The translations under genes were made by a program, and so were the position numbers. Under the pieces are notes generated by a model. The model was given only the letters and a program-made list of their open reading frames with translations, searched no databases and was not told where the DNA came from. This document shows positions 27,356 to 57,100 of a stretch of 64,000 nucleotides of DNA, piece after piece. Each line of letters opens with the position of its first letter. Position 1 is the first letter of the stretch. Source of the stretch: Tubiluchus corallicola (Eukaryota; Animalia; Priapulida); contig JAQGDQ010000113.1 in the NCBI GenBank assembly GCA_030141605.1, positions 496,001 through 560,000 of the forward strand, given 5' to 3'.

Positions 27356-27758
27356 TAGGGGTGAGCATCGAACGTTCGAATCGAATTCGAACGCTCGAAT
27401 TCGATTCGAACGAGTTTTTTCAGTTCGAACTCGATTCGAATCCAAAACTATAGATTCGAATAATTCAGCATTTGAATCACATATGTTCTTTATCACTAAA
27501 ACGATTGAAACATCATGCAATTAGCATAATTTAGCTGTGATTTCTGCACACGATGTTAAAGAAATTACTAGTCGTTTTATTGCAGAACAAAATCTAGTGA
27601 TATGCATGATCTTTGTAAGACTAATTTTTAATGGTGGTTCGAAAATCTTTCAATATCAATTCGAATTCGAAACACTGAAGTTCGGTTCGATTCGAATTCG
27701 AAAGTCACAAATTCGGTTCGATTCGAATTCGCTTTCTGGTAGAGAATGCTCACTTTTA
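27356..27758. mobile_element. hAT-like MITE with TTCGAA-rich subterminal arrays
   Basis: Imperfect TIRs TAGGGGTGAGCAT ... ATGCTCACTTTTA. Flanks atgtttac / atgttcca are a possible decayed 8-bp TSD. Many ttcgaa/ttcgatt repeats at both ends. Confidence 0.65.
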
Positions 27759-28069
27759 ATGTTCCAAGAAGGTAAAGTCATCTATGGTCTTTACAAAGAA
27801 GGATTTGCATACGTTATAAGACACACTTCAAATGCTCATAATCTAACCAGATGTCCTGTTAGATCATGAAGAGCCAAACTGTGAATATGGCTTGGGCGCA
27901 TTCTGGAATGAACTCTCTTAGAAAAGGTTGGATTCTAGGTCACGCGTAATTCAATGTGTTGTGGAGAACGAGCTGCGTTGGTAATGAATTCCAACTGAAT
28001 AAAATGCGCTTAGGGATTAGGTTTAATGATTTCCCATAATAACTGCACTGGTCTGCTGGACACGGTTGT

Positions 28070-28235
28070 CAGTAAGAAACCGCAAAGACGACAGCTTCTC
28101 ACTTATATCAATTTCATCCAAAAACATCTTATCAACACACCATTAGATATCAAAAATGCAGAGACATGGGAGATTGCAAGTGACAGGGCAGCATGGAGTA
28201 AAGTGATCAGATGGTTGTCAGCGTCGCAGCTATGT
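28070..28235 (+). mobile_element. RTE-clade retrotransposon 3'-end fragment
   Basis: KKPQRRQLLTYINFIQKHL...WEIASDRAAWSKVIR matches the RTE ORF C-terminal pattern 'GRP..TW...I..DL...W..A.DR..WR..V'. Confidence 0.55.
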
Positions 28236-28814
28236 GCCATCCTCTTTTCGAATAAATAATGTGTTATTACTATTAGAATTCTGTCGGTCAAACTGCTACT
28301 AAATCTTCGTCAAGCATTCGCGGAAACAGGAGCAACTCCAAAAATGACTTTAGTATTGTAAAAAAATTACAGGTATCACAATTATATTAATTTGTATTCT
28401 TAGTCTATAATTTAAGTAAGAAGTTGGAGTATCGTGTAAGCTGGAGTATTTCTCTAATATAACTTAGTTCAATTTATTTTAATTTAGTTTATGGAACTTA
28501 AAAAACTTTCATATGATATTGTGTATGTAAGGCTGGAGCAGTTTAATTTGAAGTGTTACCAGCATGGGCATCACAATGTCTCATTTTATTGATATTGATG
28601 ATTATCGGGACAGGAAATCTTCCTGCTTTGATTTTTTATTATAAAATTTTTCGTAATTTTACAGATGTCAGCATATCGTTTTACTTTTGCAACATCGCAC
28701 TGATTTAGTCTTGATAGCCGCAAGCTGTTGTGTCACGCCAGGATTTGGTGTGCTTTAATTACTGGATTAGATTGGTTTTTTTCTGTTCTCGATGTGAGTT
28801 TAGCCCCAATATAT

Positions 28815-29400
28815 CTTTTTGCAGTGGTCTGATCTGGGACTGGTCTGTCTTGGATCTGGTCTGTGGCTGGTTTGTCAGGGGTCTGGTCTGTCTGAGGCCA
28901 CATTTGTGACTGTTTAGTCTGGATAGTTAGGGGTACCTTTTTAGGCTGAATACTACTATAAAAATGAGGATTAATGGTTACACGTAGGTCATCAATGCAA
29001 CAAATGTGAAAATGGACTCCATTTTTCATGTCATCGTTTGGAATTGCTTCAAACAAAGTCAGTATAGTAGCCAATGTAAAAAAATTGACAGTTCAATTCT
29101 CCCATCCAACCTCAAAAGAGGATAGAGAGCCACCCTTTGGTGACAAGTATAATGCAAATGAACAATGCCATCAGTGAGGATAGAACAAGCTATCAGATGA
29201 TCAATAAAAGTTGCACAGCAGTTGTTCACCTTGTGCTCTCCTGGTGCCTCCTTGCATATCAAAATGCAGTATCAAAACCAAAAAATAGAACAAAAGTATG
29301 TAATGTATTTAGCCTTGACACGTCAGGTCTCAGACAGACTATGGCCCAAACGGATCAGCCAAAGACCACACCAGACCAAGCTGGAACCAGACATGTAAAA
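28815..29400. repeat. Inverted-repeat element built of ccagac/gtctgg units
   Basis: ggtctgtctgaggcc (about 28885) is nearly the reverse complement of ggtctcagacagact (about 29326); ggtctg arrays on the left and cagacc arrays on the right. Confidence 0.5.
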
Positions 29401-29567
29401 CAGAAAGAACGTGACCCGATCCAACATGACCCACCTTCAGATAACAATCACTACTACATTAGCTTGTTAAGTAATGCATCATTTTTGCTATATAATTATG
29501 GTTACGTAATGATGCAAAATTTGTTTCATGATGACTGTTTTTGGGATTTGTTACATAATCAGCATTT

Positions 29568-29598
<31 letters not shown>

Positions 29599-29964
29599 CT
29601 TTGTTAGCAATGATCCTTTTGTTACGTAATGAACCTTTACAAGTCATTAGTATTGTTTCAATCTTAAGTAACTGCAAACTGCATGACTATTCTCCTTTAC
29701 CTTGCCTGCTTGCAATTATGAGTGTGAAAGACAGATCTATGCAAAAAACTTCAGATTACCAGAAATGCTAAATGGTCTTTTGACAACCAAAGCATGACTC
29801 TGCTTTCAAAATATTGTAAGTTGTTAAATAGATCTCTTTTATTTGCTGTCTTTTTAAATCCTCGGAAACAAAAATTGAATAGACATTGAATTGTTAATTA
29901 CATTTTCTAAATTGCAGTTTGACATTAATTTAGGCTTCATTATTTCTTGGAACAAATTGCTGAC

Positions 29965-46931
<16,967 letters not shown>

Positions 46932-46986
46932 GTTTAGTTTGCTTATTGTATGTCCTAACTGAAGTAGAAGTTTTTATGTCTGTGAT

Positions 46987-47012
46987 AAGTACTGCAGCAG
47001 TGTCTGCATCTT
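46987..47012 (+). promoter_or_regulatory. Iron-responsive element (IRE) in the NRAMP/DMT1 3' UTR
   Basis: AAG-U-A-C-UGCAG-CAGUGU-CUGCA-U-CUU: CAGUGN loop, perfect 5-bp upper stem, unpaired C, then A-U pair, U bulge and AAG/CUU lower stem. Confidence 0.75.
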
Positions 47013-47058
47013 TGGGTTTAAATCTCGTGAGGTCTGTTTTTTTAAACACAGTTTTTAA

Positions 47059-47260
47059 GATATGGTTTGTAAGTTGCAAAAATTTATCTATTGATTTTAT
47101 TTTGTAAACTTTACCAATTTTATTTAATGAAAAAGTTTTTGAACGTTTTTAGTATAATAGGGTATGGTTTGTAAATTGTAAAAATCTGTCTATTGACTTT
47201 ATTTTGCAAATTTTGCCAATTTTATTTGTGAAAAATGTTCCTGCAAGTTTTTAGTATAAT
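47059..47260. repeat. About 100-bp tandem duplication in the NRAMP 3' UTR
   Basis: tatggtttgtaa..tctattga..ccaattttattt..gtttttagtataat occurs twice in direct orientation. Confidence 0.85.
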
Positions 47261-50200
47261 CAATGTAAATAACCAGACTGGAAATCGTTAAGCAAAATTT
47301 TCGAAGTCCTACTTTGGACAAATCTGTCAAATTGCTAAAAACATCTGGAAATTAACATTTTCTGGAAAAAGTGTTTACATTCAAGACAAGTGCTGAAACT
47401 TTTAGCATTCAAAGTGAAAAGCTGAAGATCAGTTTTGTAGTTTCGAATGATAAAACGATATGACACAGCAATACAAAGTTCAATTGTTTCTTTAAACTAG
47501 GGCCCAGGCTTAACTACACAAAAAATATTTTTTGTTCCAGTTATTCGTTTTACCCAAAATATTTGTTTTTAATCTTTGAAATAATTAATTTTTAATATTT
47601 CCTCACCTCTTTCTAACATTATTAGTTGATCTCGCTTGTTGCCTGAATCAACTTTTGTAATTACATTTTATTACCAATTTACTGTTGTATATGAAATCTA
47701 ATTGTGTTTACACTTTAGGTAAATCATGCTACTTTTTTATTTTATATCATTAAATAGCCAAAAGTGGGTTAATATCAGTTACTCATAATTAATCAGAGAT
47801 CGAATTTTTCTTTCTTTTTGATGATTCCCACGAAACATATTTTTATTTTGTTATATTGTAAAACCTAACGTGAACAGTCTAAATAAAACTGATTTGTATG
47901 TGAGACTTGTAGATGCATACAAAGTATATACAAAATTAAATGGCAATTTACATTAGCAAAAATGCATTATTACTGTGAGTTAAGTAATAATCTAACTAAT
48001 TTGAACTGCTAAATTGAACTTTTATTCAGAATGAAGCTCTCGGAAAGCGGACAATTTTATGGTCTACCAAAATCTAGATTAAAAAAATTGTGCCACTGGC
48101 AAAAAGTGTTAAGATTTTAGTAATCTGTTGAAACGATAACTAATTAATGCTTCCATTTAATCACATAAATTTTCATAATATGCGAGTGACATGATCAGAC
48201 TTAATTTATGTGAAATTAAGCTGAAGAAATAATAGGATTGAAAAACAACAGTAGAGTCACATAATTCAGAACATATGTCTAGTATTCTTTGTATAATTCT
48301 ACTACAGGACTATGTAGGATGGTGACTAAGATCATTTAGTGAATGAAATTATTGATAATTTTTAAAATTTTATTTAAAAACAATCTATTTCTACATGAAT
48401 GTATTAGGTTTATGAATTTTAATAATTTTATACGTAGAAAATATAAAGATAATCAAAATAAGTCCAGCTAATCAGTTGGAACAGGGATTACATTGTATAT
48501 AATGGGTATTTTTAAATGCATACGTTGTTGTTATTAGGTTAACTAATTGAATTAACACTCCAGTCATAGAATGGGTTAAAAATTTGTATTTTGTTTGTTG
48601 TTGCATGTACCCTGTAAATCATACATTTTTGCATGTTTTGTAGTATACTTATGTTGGTTTATATCCTTTAAGACATCTCTGTTTTTGCAACAACATCTGT
48701 TTCGCAAGACAGGTGATATTGTGTATTTTTAAATAAATGTATTAAGCTTAATTTCATTTGCTCTTTGATAATAACCTTATTTATGCATTCATTTCTAATA
48801 CTAGTTACACACATATACACTATATCATGTACGAGCATATGTTCGAAAATAAATGCTGCTGAATATCCAGATTTAAAATCAGGTGATATGAATCTTCAGT
48901 TCGATAGTTAACTAATTACTTCTGCAGTTTATAAACTCTGATGATGACAAAGTCATTTACCTCAGACTCCCGTAACTACAAATGTGCCAGCTTTGTCTGT
49001 TACATAAGCAATGGCAAATAAACTTTATCGTCTTCACTTTTGTGATACATCCGCTCTTGTCAAATATTTTTACTATAAAATCGCAGAATATTACTGTTAA
49101 TATTACCGATATTGCTTATCGTGCCCAAAAAAGTGTACCAGTTGGATGCTAATGCAACATAAACTGTTTATAGGAATACAGTGTTTCATACCTGTAAGTT
49201 TTATTCAAATATTCACAACTACGAGCAATGAGAATCCATCAAATACTTTTCTATTGAAAAATTTTGAATACGATTGTATAAATGACTACAATACTGTACA
49301 AAATTACAGTACAAAAACTGATATTATACAAAATGCATATCCCAACGTGATCTACACTTGTTATTATGTGTCTAGCATTAAAACCTCAATAAATAAACAC
49401 ACATTTACCTAAAAGGCACAACCAACGGTATCAATAAATACAGCCCAGCCTAACTTCATTTTGTGCATAGAGGCAGCCGACAAATCATTACTTGCTAACA
49501 CTACTACAAACCAACATTCGATAAAATTTGTCTTGAACAAATGTGGAAAGCCAGCTAAAAATATAATTGCTTTAACGTGCCCGGATTTTAGGATTCTAAG
49601 AAATTCGTTATCTTACAAATAATACTTACAAATGATACAAATTTTTCACAAATAGCCAAAACTGAATTTCCCCCAAATACATGCAGCTGATCATAATTCC
49701 AAAAACGTCCCAACATATGAAAAGTACTGTTTGAAATCCGATACATTTGCATAGATTTATGAAAATCAGAAGTATTTGAATATCATTTACAGCAGGTTAG
49801 AACTACAAGTGAGATCTATGTACACAAAGGTGATGATGTTATTATCTACTATCACGTGAAAACTAAATCTTAAATTATAATTAATAAAATGACATAGTTT
49901 GTGTAAACTAAATACCCGATCTTGACTATTTTATCTAAAAAGTGATACTATGAAATTAAATATCAGTTTGCAAGACCGTAGAGACTATAAATGCTACCCA
50001 CAAAAAATGGTATCTAAAACGATTAAAAACACAACCTAGAATCACATGATAATCAAACATATGATAATATAAGACATAATTAAAAAAAAAACTATAAACA
50101 CGTTTAGTAATATTATTAATGACAATATTAGTACAATATATATATTTTTATATACAGCACCATTACATATAGTTACTCAACTTACTAATGTTTGATTATC

Positions 50201-51168
50201 ATCTTGAGTTACGTGCATCATGCACATATACCAAAAACAAAAGCTTCATTTACTACAGCCGTATTTCTGAATTTGTAAGACTTTTGAACAAGAAACGTAA
50301 AATTACCTAATAAAAACACAACTCAGATAATGCAATAAAATAAACTGCTTCCCTGAAACACAACCTCACAAGTAAAAAAGCTTTTGTACAGCTATTAACA
50401 AAATAAAAACCATTGCACAATAATTCTACTCGCAGTGGGGACTTATATTACTACACAAGCTACCTTATTAAATTTTAGTCTAGGCCACAAAAAAATTATT
50501 AATTAGTCTTCCAGCAATATTCGCATGGTACTTCGTCAAACATTAATCATCGAGGCAATAGCTAACAACATTGGTGTCAGAAATGGGATCACTTTCTACT
50601 AACTGGGAAAATAAAAAACCTCGTGATTCGTACTTTAGCTATAGTCCTAGGATTTTGGACTACAACTATACCTAGGATAGCTGTAATCATTATGATGTCC
50701 TATAAAAGAACAGGCGCTTAAAAAAATAATTTTTATGCAATTACTGGTTAAGGATAATCTTTCTATATAGCTATTGGAACCAATCTTTTCCTTAAAATGT
50801 TTCAGTGATTATTATAACATCTACAGTCTTTACATGCTTTCAGCACAGTCTTACAAAAAAACTTCAACGGTAATTTTTTCCACTTTTCTTCCAACAGAAG
50901 TCAGCATACGAATAAAAATTAGCATTAAAATTCACGATTTCCTACATAAACATATTGTACCCTCAGTAACAATCTAGATTCTGATTACAGTCATTAAAGC
51001 TCAGTTCGCACAAGTTTGGCCACTCCAGGGTTTTTCAAAAGAATAATAATGCACTTCACCTCACATGGGTAGTAGAAAAAAGTTCAGTTAATAACTTCTG
51101 TGAACAGCAGATAAAAGCACTTAGTCAATTTCCTAAATCATGATTGTGCGAGAGATCTTGACACTATT

Positions 51169-54100
51169 TCAGTTGCCACCATAAGTTGGGTTCTTGAAGG
51201 TTGAAGTCGCTTGTTTATAAATAGGGTTCTCTCCCTGAAAACAGATTACAATAATTTTTATACAAGTCTATTGATTTAGCGGTTAATCACCATATTTACT
51301 ATTCAAAGTGAAGCAAAACTAACAGACTGCACATTAATGCATCTATATCCATATAAAAATAAAGTTAAACACAAAAAATCAATTACACAAAAACACTAAT
51401 TATTCAAAAGGGTTAGACTTCCCCGTTAAGTACATAAGCCTTGCAGAAAACCAGGAGAGAAGAGGAATAGCCAGGAAGCTTTAGAAAAAAGTGCGGCTAG
51501 TCCTACTATCAACCACAGTTAACAATATCAACAGAAAAATGGAAAAATGATTTACCGTATCCCACTTGGCGTTTTGTCTTTCTTTCTCAAACTTTGCAAA
51601 TTCTCGCCGATCATGTATCGTCGTTAATAATTTCCAAATGAGTAAAAGAGCAAGACCTACGGCAACGATACCACCGACGACACCGGCAATAATGGCAGCT
51701 ACGTTAATTGGTGGCGGACATACCTACAGGCAAAATGCAGCAGAAGTTACATAATATGTTTTAATGTAACTTTATTAATAATAATTTAAAACTTAATGTA
51801 CTTCAAAATAAAATAGCATTCATTCTGAAGAGAACGAATACAGTGAAAATAAATGAAGTTTACAAGTAAAGATACTAAATTTTCTTTATTCAATGTTACA
51901 GCACTTACAAAAAAACAGAACTTGAACCTGACACAGTCAAACCTTGTTATACTGCCTGCAAAATGACCAGGAACGAAACGGCTGTGTTCAAATATGTGTA
52001 GAAATCACACATTATACCACCTCCTGTTACCAGTCATCCGCCAGGCAAATTAATATACATGTTCACTAGGGAAATACTGCCAACAGTCTCAATTAGCATC
52101 AGCAGCTTCTCAACATAATGCCAGCTGTACAAGTCTACTACATGCTCTGCTGAGTCGCCAACTTTGGCCAGACATCACAATATAAAACATGTTATCATGT
52201 TTTGATTGTTTGCCAGTACTCAGTACATCGTACAATTACCACAATATTACGAAGTCATAAAGGCAACTGACAAGAAAACACATGATCTTCTTCCGCAATC
52301 AAGAAATGTGATATCTGCGTGTTTTCTGAGAATCATCCAAACAAATAGCAGCAAGAAATTTATAGTTGTGACAATCTTTTTTACATAATACATGTTTAGT
52401 GGGGCAGTAGATGTTCACTACAGTCTATTATATAGTTGAGTGAATGACATGTATATAATGAAAACAAAAAAATTCTTAATAAACATGACTAATTTTGAGT
52501 TTGTCATTAATAAACACATAACACCAAATTTCTTCTGGTCCGAAAGTGAGGGGCATAAAATGGCTTAACAGTATTATCATGTAAACATGATTTTCCATTT
52601 TAACGCAATTTTTTCTAAAGTGACAAAATCGATTCTGCATGTAATTCTGATTAAAACTGCATAACAAAATGCTGCACAAACAGCTTACCTTTGTTTCTTG
52701 TGCTTGTATAAATATCACGTCTGTTTGCGTGTCGTTGTACTCATAAGTGAAATAAAATGTGCAACCGTCATCACCTTTAAACTGACACAATCGTCTCCCT
52801 TCCTCTAAATCTTCTACAAAAGATAATGAAAACAAAGTTCACAAATAATAATACAAAGTGAGATCATATGAAAATAAAAGTAAAGTCACATGACTCAATA
52901 TACCACGTATATGCCTCAATATGCACTGCCACGTAAGTAATAAAAAAAAACTGAAAAATTAGCTCTCAAGAAAATTTTTACAAAAATGAGTGAATTTACA
53001 AGGTTTTCAATTTACTGTGTAAATGAAGAACAGCCACACAAAAATGAATAATCTGCTGTAAAACTAGCACACACCACATTAAATTTTATATTAACACACC
53101 ACAAACACTTGACAACCATTTACACCTATCATATATCAATAATGTACAGTAGACAGATAGAAAAGATAATTCCAGCACTGTCCCAAAACAGCAAACACTT
53201 GAAGCAAAGAATATTACATAAAAAAATCAGAACACGTGCAAAAAATTATGTACAAGTGGCAATTTTTATGCTCTGCAGTATTCAGGAAATTATGAATAAT
53301 GCAAGCAATGCTTTAGAGCTCCTTGTTTAGTCTTGGCCTACCATAAAATTTTTGCAATTTATACACAAATAATGTTACAACAATTAGCAGGGATGCCACA
53401 TTAAGCAAGTAGCAATTTATTTTGTTTGGGACACCACATTAGTAATAAAAAGATATTAACATTGCATTTTAATGATAAAGGTACTTTTATGGCTTGCACG
53501 AATATCTAAAATTCACAGACTAATTTATTTTATGTTCAAATTAAATATCATAATATTACCCGAAACTTTATCCACCTTTACAATTGTAAGGTTAGAGCAG
53601 TGTTTGTCACACTCTTCCTTTGTCTTATAATCCCCGCTTTCATGCACGACGCATTGTACACAAGCTCTGTTCTCATCACACTGGCCTTGGCAAGTTGGGC
53701 AATCCTCGCATGTCGGTCCGCGGAAGAGACTGTCCGGGTCGCACTTGCAACGCCCACATTCGCATACACCGTGTCCTAGTAGAAGGTACAGATTTGGAAA
53801 GGTAACATTTTGAAACACATGAGAAATACAAGCTTTTTTCTTCAAAATTACTTTATTATCAGAAATAAACTACTTCAAATATATACTGATAGTTATGAAA
53901 TGTATCTCAAAACAAGAAGTCATTTACATGTTAATTATACACTTGTTTTGAAAGTGGATCCTTTTAATAAACACTAAACGTCAAGTCAAGTAAGTTACTC
54001 AATCAAACAAACTTATGACAAGATAATAATTCTCTTAAACACAGACCTGCACAATATTTTCCATTGGAAGCCATACAAGTTTCATTGGAAGACGGACACT

Positions 54101-57100
54101 GGCAACGATCACCAGCGTACTGCGGCAAACAGTCGCACTTCCCGCAGAAACATGACCCCCTGCTGGATCCACCACAGATCAGGCCATTGTAGACGCCACA
54201 GGAAAAGTTGTCACATTCGCAGTAGTCACCCCAGACCTTCTCACCAGGGTTCTGATAAACAAATGAAAAACGCTTAGAAAAGACTGAAAGCAAAACTCAT
54301 TTTTACCAGTTAGTACAAGTATGCATCTGTATCCATCTATTATAAAGTAGATGTCATCATTTTCAGAAGAAAATGCACATCTATTGTTAATATAAACGAT
54401 AATCGTCATACTATCAATCAGCTAATACAGTTGCCTAGCATTCTTGTGTAAAATACAAAACATTGAGCACAAGCCTGCTGAGTTTTTGCACCTCCCTTTA
54501 CGCGATACTTTGTGCCTAATCTTTCATTCCCACAAAATAATCTCATTTCCTGCTTTTTCCCATGACTTACACTTATAAACTTTAAACTGTATTACTGATA
54601 ACCATTTTAAATTTTGTTTCTTTTGATTTCTAATTCTAATAATTTTGTTAGCATGTGTTGAAAATCTAAAATTATTTATTTCTGTGATTATCTTACAAGT
54701 GTACAGCAGTCTCTACTAGTAAGTAAGCAACCATTTTCTGTTAACGTATATCGGGAAACCGTAATCAAAAATACTCACGTCTCTCACGTAGCACTCACAT
54801 TCTCCACATATGCACTCGCCACGTCCGTAGCACACGGGTGCGTTAGTGTCGTTTGACAACCGGCAGGTTATGTCGCTGGCATCTCCAGCATATTTCTCTG
54901 CATCACATTCACAATGTCGACCCTTGAATCCGGGTGGGCAAGAACAAATACCGCATTCATACGTGCCAGTGCCATTACAATAGGGGCTATTCGGTTTTTC
55001 ATTTTCCGGTTTCTCACAGTCACATTCACAGATGACATCTAATTTTATCACAAGCTCCTCATTGATGTTGACTGGCTTGATTTTCAATTCCGTCTTGCCG
55101 TCCTTTGGACAGCCATTGACAGTAACAGTGATATCAAAGTTAACCTGAAAGAGCAAGTCACAAGTTAATTGTATTTATTTGGCTTCCTAACTACCAAACA
55201 GTGAACACTAGTGGTGAGACATTTTCACATTTGATTAATAGGAAACGAAGTTGATTTGTAATTGACCATAATCGGTTTTTAGGAATAAGAGATAAGTAAT
55301 TTCGAAACTTTAAGAGAAGGAACACGCACGAAAACTTTGTGCTTATATTAATGAGAAACTTTTGCACTATGGAGGTGATATAGGAGCGCCATGTTACTAT
55401 GCAAAGGCAGAGCCATAGAGGGAATACTATTAGATTTTACCATAATGATGGCTATATTTGATGTACAGATTTTGTGGATTTTCCAAAAGATAAGTTGAAA
55501 ATGGTACTGGTAATACAAACTATTTGCACAGACAGTTGAAAAAATATGCGATAACTGAAAATAACTTAATCTCGAATTGAATATTACTGATTAAATTGAC
55601 TTATTGGTCCCACCAGTACTGTACATCACGTACAGCAAACCCAGAACACTTATAGATTGGTGGGCCCTTCGTTTTGACTTGCTTCTCATAATTTCTTATC
55701 GATGATTTTAGCAGTGAAAATCCTTCCATTAGAAATTGAAAAACATTCTTATGTACTCTTTCGAACTGCACATATAATTATGCCATTTGCAATTTGCAAA
55801 ATCAATATAACACAATTTCTTTTCTAGATTTTACGGATAAACTATTTGTTCTAACTATAACATTTAATGATTCTAGGTGAGTTAAGACAGATAAAACTAC
55901 TACATACCGTATCCCCTACTTTGAGTCCCAGGCATTTGTTGCTGTCAACCACTTCCGTACCTAGGCAGCTGGTTCTATATTTCACTGTCACATTTTCTGG
56001 TTTATTGTCTGTTAATATCAACTCCGAGCGAATTTTCTACAAAAGCAAAACAAGACCTGTACTTCGACACAACTTAGCCATAACAAACAATAATAACAAA
56101 GTGCTAAAATAGAATTTGATTCCAAGTGGCTGGCCACCAGGAAATGACAAAGATAAGAGACGATAATAACATGGTCTCCTTGGAATTAGTCCTGTAATAG
56201 ATGTTACAGGAAGCAAAATGGTGTAAAAAACTTACACACATCTACAGAGGCAACATCACAGAACCTCACAAGTAAGCAAAAGCAAAACGGTACAGCAAGT
56301 CTCTTCACAGAATGATTTTGTAATTTTCAGTTTATGTTCAAGAAGTACTTCACGTCCAGCAAAAAAAGAACTTTTTTCTGATTCTTTGCTGAATATTGGC
56401 TTCAAACTAGTTAAAATTTGTATACACCACCTGAAATCATACACGAAAACTATTTATAGCTCAACAGTTTTTCAACATTCAAAACCTTATTACTTACATC
56501 GTAGTTTTCCTGCACAAGATCCACAATATTTGAAGAATCATTCGCAAGAATTCCGGCGGTTGATCCGTCAATCAATTTGCGCAATTCTTCGTACACATCG
56601 ATCGTATTCTCCGTCACAGCAAAAATCAGGTTCACAGACTTTTCCTTCACCATGCTGATGAGTTGACTAATAGAGGGGTAGTCCTAAAGTAGTCATAATA
56701 ATCAATTACACATTTGTGAAGGCTAAACAATAAGCAGGGGAATGCTAAATGACTAGCTAGGAATTTTGTCAAATCTCATCATGGTACACTACACATTTCT
56801 AAAGTTTGCAGTATGCTGTCCCACTTCTTAAAATTAATCTCAAGTGGCACATATTAATTACAAAGTACATTTTTCTTTTCTGTTCATGTACTCAAATGCT
56901 TTTTTCTCCAATTTGAGATTCAAGTTATTTGGCTCTATAACTGCTAGAAACATGGAAGATACTATTTTGAATGCAATCAATCTACTAGTCATAGGCTGTT
57001 GTAGATCAAAACAAAGAACAGTGAAAATGCAAAAAATAAAACTAGACTGTTATTTATAACTAAGTCATAAACTTAAGATTACATCGAGACCCTTCATTTG

